Of a stretch of DNA of 64,000 nt, positions 52,714 through 64,000 are shown one piece after another. Every line of letters starts with the position of its first letter. Position 1 is the stretch's first letter. Source of the DNA: Octopus sinensis (taxonomy: Eukaryota). The notes beneath the pieces were generated by a model. That model ran no database searches and had not been told where the DNA came from. It worked only from the letters and a program-made list of their open reading frames with translations. The translations under genes were made by a program, and so were the position numbers. Location: the NCBI RefSeq assembly GCF_006345805.1, contig NW_021835973.1:1-64000 (forward strand). The letters are read 5' to 3'.

Positions 52714-54370
52714 GAGTGAGAGAGCAGTGCATGCCATCAAAGTGACACTGGGGTAAAATATACAAAGCCCAATATACCCATCATGACTACCCGTCTGATA
52801 AGGGTACACCAGGCACATGCATGACAACCATATGTGCGCGACATGGTGATCTCCTAAAAAGATTAATAGCGCATGACCTTGCAGGTGGGGCCCAGTTATA
52901 TTATTATTATTATTATTATTATTGTTATTGTTATTGTTATTATTATCATTATTATTAAGGTGACGAGTTGGCAGAATCGTTAGCACGCCTGACGAAATGC
53001 TTCGAGGCATTTCGTCTGCCTTCGCGCGCTCTAAATTCGAATTCCGCTGAGGTCGACTCTGCTTTTCATCCTTTCGGGGTCACTAAAATAAGTACCAGTT
53101 ACGCAATGAGGTCAATGTAATCGACCCCCCCCCTCGCTCCTCAGCCCCTAGTTTTCAATCCTTGTGCTTTTTATATAAAGAATTATTATTATTATCATTA
53201 TTATTATTTCGCTTTGATATAGCAATACCAAGAACCTACTGTCAGAACACAATATTCCTATGCTTCAGAATGAGGCGTCGCTCGAGTACAGAGCAGTAAT
53301 TAGAAATTAAAATGACAACGGTTTAAAAGATTATGTCATGTTTACTTACAGCGGTTTCTGCTATTTGATGCAATGCACTCCTAGTTGCGTGCTTGTGAAA
53401 CACTCTATAGCTTCGTCAGAGCTTGATGCACAAAAATTCAACTATGATTGTACTACATCGTACAGTAGAAACAGCTATAAGCTAAATATGTTCATGACAT
53501 AATTTCCTTACCCTTAAGGGTGGATTCTACTGTAGCTTGTAGCCCCAGGAGGACACTTCATCCAGTTGGCTGTTGACACACTTTCTGTGTCCTATTAGTA
53601 TTTGGAAAGGGAAGCCATCCTTCCCATCTTCAACCTGTATCACACACACACACACACACACACACCACACACACACACACATCGTTTTTCGACCTTGTTT
53701 GGAAGATTCTTTATGTGAGTTCGTGTGTTGAAGCATATTCTGTTGTGTCTGGGGAGAGAGTCATTTCCTTTTTGTGCCTTTTAATTTAAGGAAAATAAAA
53801 ATAAGGAAGAAATGGGAATTTTACCGGTGTGTGTTAAATTAAAAGGCACATAAAGAAAATGACTTTCCCCAGGCACAACAGAATATACATGGTTCCATGT
53901 TCAGTGTGACTGAACATGGAACCATGTGGCTGGTAAGCAAGCTACTTATAGAAAATAGATGTTTCCTCTTCGAGCCACGCCAGGCACATAAGGACCGGTT
54001 TCCCGGTTTCGGTTGCGTGTATATTCCCCATTAGGACAGGACGCCGATCGTTCGGAGACTCACTCAGTCTTGCCAGCTGAGTGGACTGGAGCAACGTGAA
54101 ATAAAGTGTCTTGCTCAAGAACACTACGCATTGCCCAGTCCAGGAATCGAAACTACAATCTTACGATCCTGAGTCCAACATGCTAACCACTAAGCCACGC
54201 GCCTCCACTGTACGTGTGTGTGTGTGTGTGTTTAAGTATATGTATGAGCATGTGTATATATTTGTAGTTATATGTATATATATATATGTACAAATATATT
54301 TAACTGTGCGTGTATATATACATATATACGTATGTGTATACACACATATATCTATGTTATGTATGTGTAT

Positions 54371-54413
<43 letters not shown>

Positions 54414-54561
54414 TTGATAGATAGATAGATACACACACATACATACAAACACACACACATATACATAGTCTCTTTTAAAATGTATATACTGCATAATATA
54501 TATTAAACATGTCTACAGTGTATACGATATCATTGAGGCTATACATACATACATACATACA

Positions 54562-54594
<33 letters not shown>

Positions 54595-54892
54595 TCATGC
54601 ATACACGCATACATACAGAAAGATAGATAGCTAGATATATATAACCAGGGAGACATATGGATAGAGAGAGAGAAAGAGAGAGAGAGAGAGATGACTACAA
54701 TCTCCAGCACCAGTTTTTATAGCCATAAACATATTTTTTGGTGAATTCTCACATGTTAGCCCCACCCACTTCAAAAATAGGAGAAAAAATTAATTAAAAA
54801 CCCATCAAATTTTGGTATAAAAATTATAATCATTATACATCAAAGCTATAATTTCGAATCAATATTTTCCGCCTCACTGTTAATACTCAGAT

Positions 54893-54955
<63 letters not shown>

Positions 54956-55632
54956 GTGTATATATGGGTGCAGGACGTCACCAAACAGTAAACAACAGGA
55001 GATACGAAAACGAATGAATTCAATGCGCAAACAACGAAAGAAACAAATAGAAAACAGGACAAGTAACATAAGGAACGACCCTTCGTCAGTTGTCGGCTGT
55101 CTTTCTACTCCTCATTTCGAGCATTGTACGACAATGAGAGCCACTGCCTGATACTGCATCAGGGCAATAATAATAATAATAATAATAATAATGATGATGA
55201 TGATGATGATTATCATCATCATTATTATTATTATTATTGTTATTATTATTATTATTATTATTATCATCATCATCATCATCATCATCATCATCGTCATCGT
55301 CATTATCATCATCATCATTATTATTATTATTATTATCATCATTGTTATTATTATTATTATTATCATTATTATTATTATTATTATATTATTGAGTGAGAGA
55401 GCAGTGCATGCCATCAAAGTGACACTGGGATAAATATACGAACCCCAATATACCCATCATGACTACCCGTCTGATAAAGGTACACCAGGCACATGCATCA
55501 CAACCATATGTGCGCGACATGGTGATCTCATATCAAGATAAACAGCACATGACCTTGCAGGTTATTATTATTAATTATTATTATTATTATATTATAATTA
55601 TTATTATTATATCATTATCAATCCCATCATCA

Positions 55633-55674
<42 letters not shown>

Positions 55675-55680
55675 TATTAT

Positions 55681-56375
55681 ATGAAAACTCACGGCTTATT
55701 TTTGCTGGGCAAGATGGAAAGTGTCAGCTGTCCAGAGCCAGCAGACGAAAGTGATACCTGTTTACTGGTCATGCTTCAAGAACCCTGCGAAGAATTCTTG
55801 CAGTTCCAAGCAATACTGATTTCTACTGAGTTCTACCTTGTACCGATTCTTTTCAGCCATGTTGGTAGTTGAGTGCTGATACTTCCAAAAGCACCAATTA
55901 CTATTGGCATCACGTCTACTACTCTCTTCATTGACCACAACCTTCGTATTTCCCACTTTAAATCGTCATAGTTGTTCATTTCTTCTTCTTCTTTCACATT
56001 GATCCTGTTGTCACCAGGGCATTCTATATCGATTATCATACGTGTTCTTTCTTTTTTTATTCACCATAACAATGTCCGGTTTCCTATGTCTGGTCAGGTG
56101 ATCGCACTGGATCATTACATCCCACAGGATTTTGCAGTTCTCATTTCCAGTGACCCCTTCTGGGGTTTCCCCATACCACGCTTTTGCTCTTTGTAGGCCA
56201 TGATTTCCACAGAGCTCCCAATGGATCATTCTTAACCACATTGTCATGGCATCGTTTGACTCGCGTTGTACCAATTTCGTTTCACCCCTCTCACCACACG
56301 TTCTGCATTTGTCGCTATCGGTAGTATTGTCAATTCTGCACTTCATATAATTGGTCCTTAACGCCTGTTCCAGGA
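55681..56375 (-). mobile_element. R4/Dong-clade non-LTR retrotransposon 3' fragment (zinc knuckle plus restriction-like endonuclease) with (TAA)n tail
   Basis: EQALRTNYMKCRID...KCRTCGERGET...KILWDVMIQCDHLTRHRKPDIVMV../IIDIECPGDNRINVKEEE..NYDDLKWEIRRLW...PIVIGAFG../VLLGTARILRRVLEA*. Confidence 0.9.
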
Positions 56376-56994
56376 CACGGTGTGAGTTGTGTTATTTTAG
56401 ATTATCAGATGTTTGTGTCAGGTTTGCGTTGTGTACTCTTTTACTTGTTTCAGTCATTTGACTGCGGCCATGCTGGAGCACTGCCTTTTTTAGTCGAGCA
56501 AATCGACCCCAGGACTTATTCTTTGTAAGCCTAGTACTTATTCTATCGGTCTCTTTTGCCGAACCGCTAAGTTACGGGGATGTAAACACACCAGCATTGT
56601 TAAGCGATGTTGGGGGGTGGGGACAAACACAGACACACACACATATATATATAAACATATATACGACGGGCTTCCTTCAGTTTCCGTCTACCAAATCCAC
56701 TCATAAGGCTTTGATCGGCCCGAGGCTATAGTAGAAGACACTTTACCCAAGGTGCCACGCAGTGGGACTGAACCCGGAACCATGTGGTTGTTAAGCAAAC
56801 TACTTACCACACAGCCACTCGTGAAGATTGTTCTATTTGAACTTTTCCGTTGAATCGTAAGTTACTCTATTAAATTGGAAGTGTCTTGTGCAAGATATGG
56901 GCTGTTCCTAGCAGAACTATTTTGTGTGTGTGAGTGTGCGTATAGGGTGGGAGGGTAGTGTGTAGTGTTTTAGTCAGCTGGTTAAAACAACACA

Positions 56995-57290
56995 ATAATT
57001 CGATACGATGCAGTGATGTCACCTGCTAATTAAAACCACAATAATTAGGTGAGATGCAATGAAATTATTTGCTGAATTAAGATCACAAAAATTAGGTAAG
57101 ATGCCGTGATATAACTTGTTAATTAAGATTACAATAATTAGGTAGAATAGTATGTTATATGCTAATCACGATCACAAAGTACTAAAGAAGATAGAGTGAT
57201 GTCACTTGCTAATTAAGATCCCAGTAATTAGATAAGACACTGTGATGTCACTTGTTAATTAAGATGGTAACATTTAGATAAGATAAGGCG
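56995..57290. repeat. Diverged ~46-bp tandem repeat, about 6 copies
   Basis: Unit like gatgcagtgatgtcacttgctaattaagatcacaataattaggtaa. Confidence 0.8.
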
Positions 57291-58169
57291 GTAAGCTGGC
57301 AGAATCGTTACCGCATCGGGAAAACTGCTTAGCGGTATTTCATCTGCCGTTACGTTCTGAGTTCAAATTCCGCCGAGGTTGACTTTGCCTTTCATCCTTT
57401 CGGGGTCGATTAAATAAGTACCAGTTACGCACTGGGGGCGATATAATCGACTTAGTCCGTTTGTCTGTCCTTGTTTGTCCTCTCTGTGTTTAGCCCCTTG
57501 TGGGTAGTAAAGAAATAGGTATTTAATCTGCCGTTACGTTCTGAGTTCAAATTCCACCGAGGTTGACTTTGCCTTTCATCCTTTCGGAGTCGATTAAATA
57601 AGTACCAGTTACGCACTGGGGTCGATATAATCGACTTAATCCGTTTGTCTGTCCTTGTTTGTCCTCTCTGTGTTTAGCCCCTTATGGGTAGTAAAGAAAT
57701 AGGTATTTCTTTCGACTTTACGTTCTGAGTTCAAATGGTGCTGGGGTCGATTTTGTCTTTTATTCTTTCGAGGTCGATAAAAATTGTACCAGTCGAACAC
57801 TAGTGTTTCTCACCCGGATGTGTTGGCCTTGTGCCAAGATTTGAAACCAATATTTACATAAGCTACAGAGATGTTCTTTACTGATTAAAACCACAGAAAC
57901 TAAATAAGATGAAGTGACGTCATAGAACTCTTAAACATTTTCAGAAATAGGTGGATTACGGAGATCTTTTAAAAGCTGAGTCAGTCCTCATTGGTTGAAC
58001 AAAGAATAAAACGAGTGAATGAGAGGGATTCTACCATACTATCACCACCAGGTAGTTTGTAAACTGCTCTTTAAAATTATTACCCAACAAGACGCTGGAG
58101 CATAAAAAAAAAACGAAGGAAATCCTGTGAGGTATCAGGCTTCAAAATGTCCCCCACACCCAAGGGACA

Positions 58170-58305
58170 TTTGACCGACTTCCGGTTAATAAAATTGCAC
58201 TGAGTGATTTGAAAGGAACGATACGAAGAAGAGTCGCATGGCGCATGCGCAAAGATGACACGCAGATTGATGAAGGTTTCCATATTCTTCCAAAGGTGGT
58301 GAGTT
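58170..58305 (+). promoter_or_regulatory. Candidate housekeeping-type promoter/first exon
   Basis: ETS-like ACTTCCGG (58178-58185) and NRF1-like GCGCATGCGC (58241-58250) in unique sequence; strong donor GTGAGT at 58299. Confidence 0.4.
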
Positions 58306-58617
58306 GGTAGAAGCATTATCGTCCAGGATAAATACTTGGCGGTATTTTTTCTGACTCTTTTACATTCTGAGTTCAAATCCTGCGGGAGTCAACTTTACCC
58401 TCCATCCATCCCTTTATCCTTACACTCATGTAAGGGCGATGATTTGGAACATGTAGAGATTGGAACCAGTTCAACTTCCGTATGGAAAGATAAGAGCGGC
58501 GATCTGTGCAGAATCATTAGCACACCGGGCAAAATATTTCTGCGACATTTCGTCCGTCTTTACGTTCTGAGTTCAAATTCCGCCGAGGTGGACATTGCCT
58601 CTCACCTTTTCAGGTGA

Positions 58618-58654
<37 letters not shown>

Positions 58655-58997
58655 TTATGTTTTGGTTTTTGCTTTGTATTTGTACAAGTTGATTCCAAGT
58701 CTCACCCAGAGACCTCAAGAGACAACAAGTTACAAGTTCATGTTGGTGTTATGCCTAGGCTGCCATATTTTTGGTTTTGCACATACTTTCTTTTTTAAAC
58801 CTTTGTATGCTATGCATATGTCCCTTCTTTTTTTAGTGTATGCCGTGTATACTTTCTTTCTTTTTTGTTTGTTTGTTTCTTTCTTTCTTTCTTTTATCAT
58901 TTCATTATGTGTTACCCCCAACTTTATGTCTGTCTTTCTATTGTCCCTCCCTCATCCTTCACCCTTGTGACAAATAAATGAAATCATCATCATCATC

Positions 58998-59052
<55 letters not shown>

Positions 59053-60926
59053 GTTGTTGTTTAAGGCAGAATTTGAGCTCAGACATCAAGACAGACAAAA
59101 TGCCGCCCGTAATAATCCTTTCTACTGGAAGCACAAGGCCTCAAATTTGTGGGGAGGGGACTAGTCGATTACATCATCCCCAGTGTTTCACTGGTACTTG
59201 ATTTATCGACCACGAAAGGATGAGAGGCAAAGTCGACCTCGGCGGAATTTGAACTCAGAACGTAACGGCGACGGGCGAAATACCTATTTCTTTACTACCC
59301 ACAAGGGGCTAAACACAGAGAGGACAAACAAGGACAGACACACGGATTAAGTCGATTATATCGCCCCCAGTGCGTAACTGGTACTTATTTAACCGACCCC
59401 GAAAGGATGAAAGGCAAAGTCGACCTCGGCGGAATTTGAACTCAGAACGTAACGGCAGACGAAATACCGCTAAGCATTTCGCCCGGCGTGCTAACGTTTC
59501 TGCCAGCTCGCCATTATGAGAGTTTTCTTCATGGAAACAACTTCAGTCAAGTTTGTCCTCACAGAACGTCCACGTTTAATTGGGAATAAATATGAGAAGG
59601 GATACCTAGACATGTCTTAATAGGACAAATGCCATCCGTGTGGTGTATTTGAAGTTCTGTATAAGTAACAGGGTATACTACTTTAGCTTGGGCAAAATTT
59701 GTTCGGAGACAAAATAATGTAAAGTTGCTCTATGGAATCATAGCAACAAAATAATTCAACTGTTTCGAGAAGAAAAAAATCTATCTGGTAACTCTTTTAC
59801 TCTTTTACTTGTTTCAGTCATTTGACTGCAGCCATGCTGGAGCACCGCCTTTAATCGAGCAACTCGACCCCGGGATTTATTCTTTGTAAGCCCAGTACTT
59901 ATTCTATCGGTCTCTTTTGCCGAACCGCTAAGTGACGGGGACGTAAACAAACCAGCATCGGTTGTCAAGCAATGCTAGGGGGACAAACACAGACACACAA
60001 ACACACACACACACACATACATATATACGACAGGCTTCTTTCAGTTTCCGTCTACCAAATCCACTCACAAGGCTTTGGTCGGCCCGAGGCTATAGTAGAA
60101 GACACTTGCCCAAGGGACTGAACCCAGAACCATGTGGTTCGTAAGCAAGCTACTTACCACACAGCCACTCCTGCGAATTCTGAAAATAACTGGAAAAATA
60201 TGCGACTCTACTGTAGAGACAAACTAGCAGAAAACACGAAATAAGCATGGAAATTTTGCTTGGCAAAAATGGTAATATTGAATTAATTACCGCCACGTAA
60301 TATTTATTACCAAATGACCTTAATATTGAACAGATGTGAACTGGAGAGGAAAGAAATAACAACGACATGGCTGAGGAATTACTGGGTTCAGGTTTTGACA
60401 CAAGGCCAGCAACCCCGGGAAGGGAGTAAGTCGATTACATCGGCCCCAGTATTCAACTGGTACTTTTTTTATCGACCACGAAAGGATGAAAAATAAAGTC
60501 GACCACGGCGGAATTTGAACTCAGAACACAAAGGTAGATGAAATGTTGTTAAGCATTTTGACCGGTGTCGTAACGATTCTGCCAGTTTGCCACTTTGGCT
60601 GATGAATGATTAAGATCCCTGGTCACTCAATCCATTGACTGGAATATTTTTGATCCTATTCTCTATGATCAGAGCTGATCTAGGGTTAAACAATAATAAT
60701 AATGGTCACCCTACTATCAATGGTCAAACAACGACTGTAGTGGTCACTCTAAGATCAGCGGTCAAACCAGAGCTGTGGTGGTCACTCTGTCATCAGTGAT
60801 AAATTCTAATTAGTTCTATGCATCTTTGTAGTCTCTCATTAGCTTGTTGTCGTTGTTGTATAACCCCAGGTCGTCTTTGATCGGACAAAACCGTGATCAT
60901 TCCGTCTTTTTCAAGTATAGTCTATC

Positions 60927-61308
60927 TATTAGGTTGTCCGGAAAGTTCGTGCCGATTTATAGTAGCTTACCTTTCGACTTATTTTAGAACATAGTTGAGT
61001 CCATAAAATAGGATTTGACTACACCTCCATTTAGCGCACAGTTTAAGCTATCTTTTCGTGGAAGAAGGTTTATGTTCCTATAATAAAACCTGGTTAATTC
61101 GTAACCCTTTAAAATGGAAGATAAGAAAGTTATTTCGGCACTTGATGCTTTGGGAACCAGACAAAATTGCTGCTGCAGCTCGGCTGGGATGTGTTACCCC
61201 ACCCTCCATATTTACCAGATATTGCTCCTTCGGATTTCCACGTATTCAGGTCTCTGAAGAATAGTCATAATGGCAAAAATTTAAATTCCTTGGGTGACGT
61301 AAAAAGAG
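60927..61308 (+). mobile_element. Internally deleted mariner (DD34D) remnant
   Basis: TIR-like tattaggttgtccggaaagttcgtgccgatt; LLQLGWDVLPHPPYLPDIAPSDFHVFRSLKNS (HPPYSPDLAPSD motif). Confidence 0.8.
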
Positions 61309-61481
61309 ATATATATATATAAAACAGAGCTAATAGTGAAGGATTATCAATCTGGGCAAAATACTTCATAAGCTCTCTGTTGGTGCACCAGGCTAACAGT
61401 ATTATTTAGATTAGTGAAGAACTCCAGGTAATCTTTGCGGTAGAGTCAAAGGTTATGATCCATTGCAATTCTAACTTGTTT

Positions 61482-61524
<43 letters not shown>

Positions 61525-61630
61525 TATATATTATATATATATATATATATTATATATATATATATATATATTGTATATATATGTAAATGAAAGAATGGAG
61601 TCGAACGACGATTTTAACAAAATTCCTTTA

Positions 61631-61713
61631 CTCTCGACACATGTTTCAAAGGCTGCATATTCCTAATTCCGAAGGAATAAAGGGTGCATTATGCCGCCAT
61701 CTCATCAGGAAAG
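61631..61713 (-). ncRNA. Type I minimal hammerhead-ribozyme-like motif (Penelope-like element type)
   Basis: ctttc-CTGATGA-G[stem II]T-GAAA-CatgtG-TC-gagag: core boxes in order, 5-bp stem I, palindromic ACATGT stem III. Confidence 0.6.
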
Positions 61714-61748
61714 ACCGAATTATCCTACTAGGATAATTCATTCACCTT

Positions 61749-61822
<74 letters not shown>

Positions 61823-61932
61823 GTCGTATATATATATATATACGACGGGATTCTAGCGCTTTCAGTCTACTAAATCCACTCACAAGGTTTTGGTCGACCT
61901 GAGACTGTATGTATGTATGTATGTATGTATGT

Positions 61933-62910
61933 AAAGCAAGTGTTGCTTTCGGAAGTCTAGAAAGGCGCATCTGGAGTCGGCGAGACATATGCAGAAAGAC
62001 AAAGATAAAGGTGTACAAGGCATGTGTGCTCCCTTCTCTTCTCTATGCCTGCGAGACGTGGGTCACATATCGATACCACCTTAAACAGCTGGAACGTTTC
62101 CATCAGATGTGCCTCAGACGGATCTATGGCATTAAGTGGAAGGACCACATCAGTGATCTTGAAATACTCGAAGGCTCTCGTTGTGAAAGTATAGAAGCTC
62201 TTGTGTTAAAGCAAAGGCTCAGATGGAGTGGTCATCTGGTCAGAATGAAGGATTCAAGGATGCCAAAACAACTCTTTTATGGAGAGTTAGCTAAAGGAGA
62301 ACGACCTCTACATAAACCAAAAAAGAGGTATAAGGACTTGCTGAAGGCTTCCTTAAGAGATGCTTGCATCTCTCCTGACACATGGGAAGACATAGCTATT
62401 GATCGTAGCAGGTGGAGAAGAATTGTGTATGAGGGAACAGCCACATTTGAGAAATCTCGACTTGCATATGAGAAAGTAAGGAGGGATGTCAGGAAGGGCA
62501 TCACTGTTACACTTCCAGAAGGGAAGGGTCTTCCTTTGATTCTGACATGCAATGTCTGTGCAAGACCCTGCCTCAGAAAAGCTGGACTCAAGAGTCATCT
62601 TCGTAGTCATAAGGCGAGACAGATCAGTGATAATCTGGCCACTGGTTGTGGTGTAACACCCATACTAATCATATCTGTCGGGCATGTGGAAGAGAGTGTA
62701 ATTCGACAGGAGGACTTAAACGACATGCAAAGGTACATGAAGCCCAGTTACAACTACAGCCGGCTATTACCAGTAAAGGTTTTAGTTGCCAAGTTTGTAC
62801 AAGACATTGTAGATCTTTAGCTGGGCTAAAAAGTCACATTCGATCACAGCACCAGCAACAGTTAAGCTTCGTGCAATGGCCATACTCGATAACGAGGGGG
62901 CAGCCATCAT
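61933..62910 (+). mobile_element. RTE-BovB-type LINE 3' fragment with three C2H2 zinc fingers and (ATGT)n tail
   Basis: TKIKVYKACVLPSLLYACETW...LRWSGHLVRMKDSRMPKQLFYGEL...CNVCARPCLRKAGLKSHLRSH; after a frameshift near 62645, CRACGRECNSTGGLKRHAKVH and CQVCTRHCRSLAGLKSHIRSQH. Confidence 0.92.
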
Positions 62911-63019
62911 GTACGTATGCATGTATGTATGTATGTATGTATGTATGTATGTATGTATGTATGTATGTATGTATGTATGTACGTATGTACGTATGTATGT
63001 ATGTATGTGTGTATGTATG

Positions 63020-63050
<31 letters not shown>

Positions 63051-63341
63051 TGTATGTATGTATGTATGTATGTATGCATGTATGTATGTATGTGTGAATG
63101 CATACATGTATTATGTATGTATGCATGTATGTATGCATTTATGTATGTACGTATGCATGCATGTATGTAATGTATGTATGTATGTATTATGTATGTATGT
63201 ATGTACTTATGCGTATGTATGTATGATGTATGTATGTATGTATGTATGTAGTTTATGTCCGTATGCATTATGGTATGTATGTATTATGTATGTACGTATG
63301 CATGTATGTATGTCTGTATGTATGTATGTATGTATGTATGT

Positions 63342-64000
63342 AAGCAAGTTTGCTTTCGGAAGTCTAGAAACGCGCATCTGGAGTCGGCGAGACATATGCA
63401 GAAAGACAAAGATAAAGGTGTACAAGGCATGTGTGCTCCCTTCTCTTCTCTATGCCTGCGAGACGTGGGTCACATATCGATACCACCTTAAACAGCTGGA
63501 CGTTTCCATCATATGTGCCTCAGACGGATCTATGGCATTAAGTGGAAGGACACCTCAGTGATCTTGAAATACTCGAAGGCTCTCGTTGTGAAAGTATAGA
63601 AGCTCTTGTGTTAAAGCAAAGGCTCAGATGGAGTGGTCATCTGGTCAGAATGAAGGATTCAAGGATGCCAAAACAACTCTTTTATGGAGAGTTAGCTAAA
63701 GGAGAACGACCTCTAATAATAAACCAAAAAAGAGTATAAGGACTTGCTGAAGGCTTCCTTAAGAGATGCTTGCATCTCTCCTGACACATGTGAAGACATA
63801 GGCTATTGATCGTAGCAGGTGGAGAAGAATTGGTATGAGGGAACAGCCACATTTGAGAAATCTCGACTTGCATATGAGAAAGTAAGGAGGGATGTCAGGA
63901 AGGGCATCACTGTTACACTTCCAGAAGGGAAGGGTCTTCCTTTGATTCTGACATGCAATGTCTTGTGCAGACCTGCCCTCAGAAAAGCTGGACTCAAGAG
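63342..64000 (+). mobile_element. Second, indel-rich tandem copy of the same RTE fragment (runs off the window)
   Basis: Same 5' truncation point aagcaagt..gctttcggaagtctagaa, ~1.41-kb period. Confidence 0.9.

Noticed and set aside
55112-55433. Poly-I/poly-H/poly-Y ORFs
   Set aside because: (ATT/CAT)n microsatellite translation
58255-58275. MTRRLMK resembles the UBE2L3 N-terminus
   Set aside because: Only 7 residues, a poor donor (gtttcc) after K, and no further exons in the window

Overview
AT-rich animal genomic DNA, dense in microsatellites and SINEs. The repeat families look like those of Octopus/cephalopods (recognition only, not database-checked). Two complete intron-containing housekeeping genes lie head-to-head. 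UBE2F (NEDD8 E2, minus strand, 6 coding exons, 27278->17866, 182 aa) faces VPS25 (ESCRT-II subunit, plus strand, 6 coding exons, 35675->45536, 175 aa). VPS25 intron 2 has clear U12 minor-spliceosome signals. The rest is mostly tRNA-derived and RTE-tailed SINEs, 3' fragments of CR1/L2, RTE, HERO and R4/Dong LINEs, Penelope-like ends (one with a near-canonical hammerhead ribozyme core), mariner/Tc1 remnants, hAT MITEs, a non-autonomous Helitron, and simple repeats. Best second-look items are the U12 intron, the hammerhead motif, a 91-bp minisatellite born inside a SINE, fold-back palindromes of one repeat family, a tandem RTE fragment with three C2H2 fingers, stacked (TAA)n-anchored retroelements, a candidate promoter near 58.2 kb and a candidate unannotated spliced ORF at 6.8-9.0 kb. 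Most long ORFs in the supplied track are microsatellite artefacts. I found no convincing novel multi-gene system.
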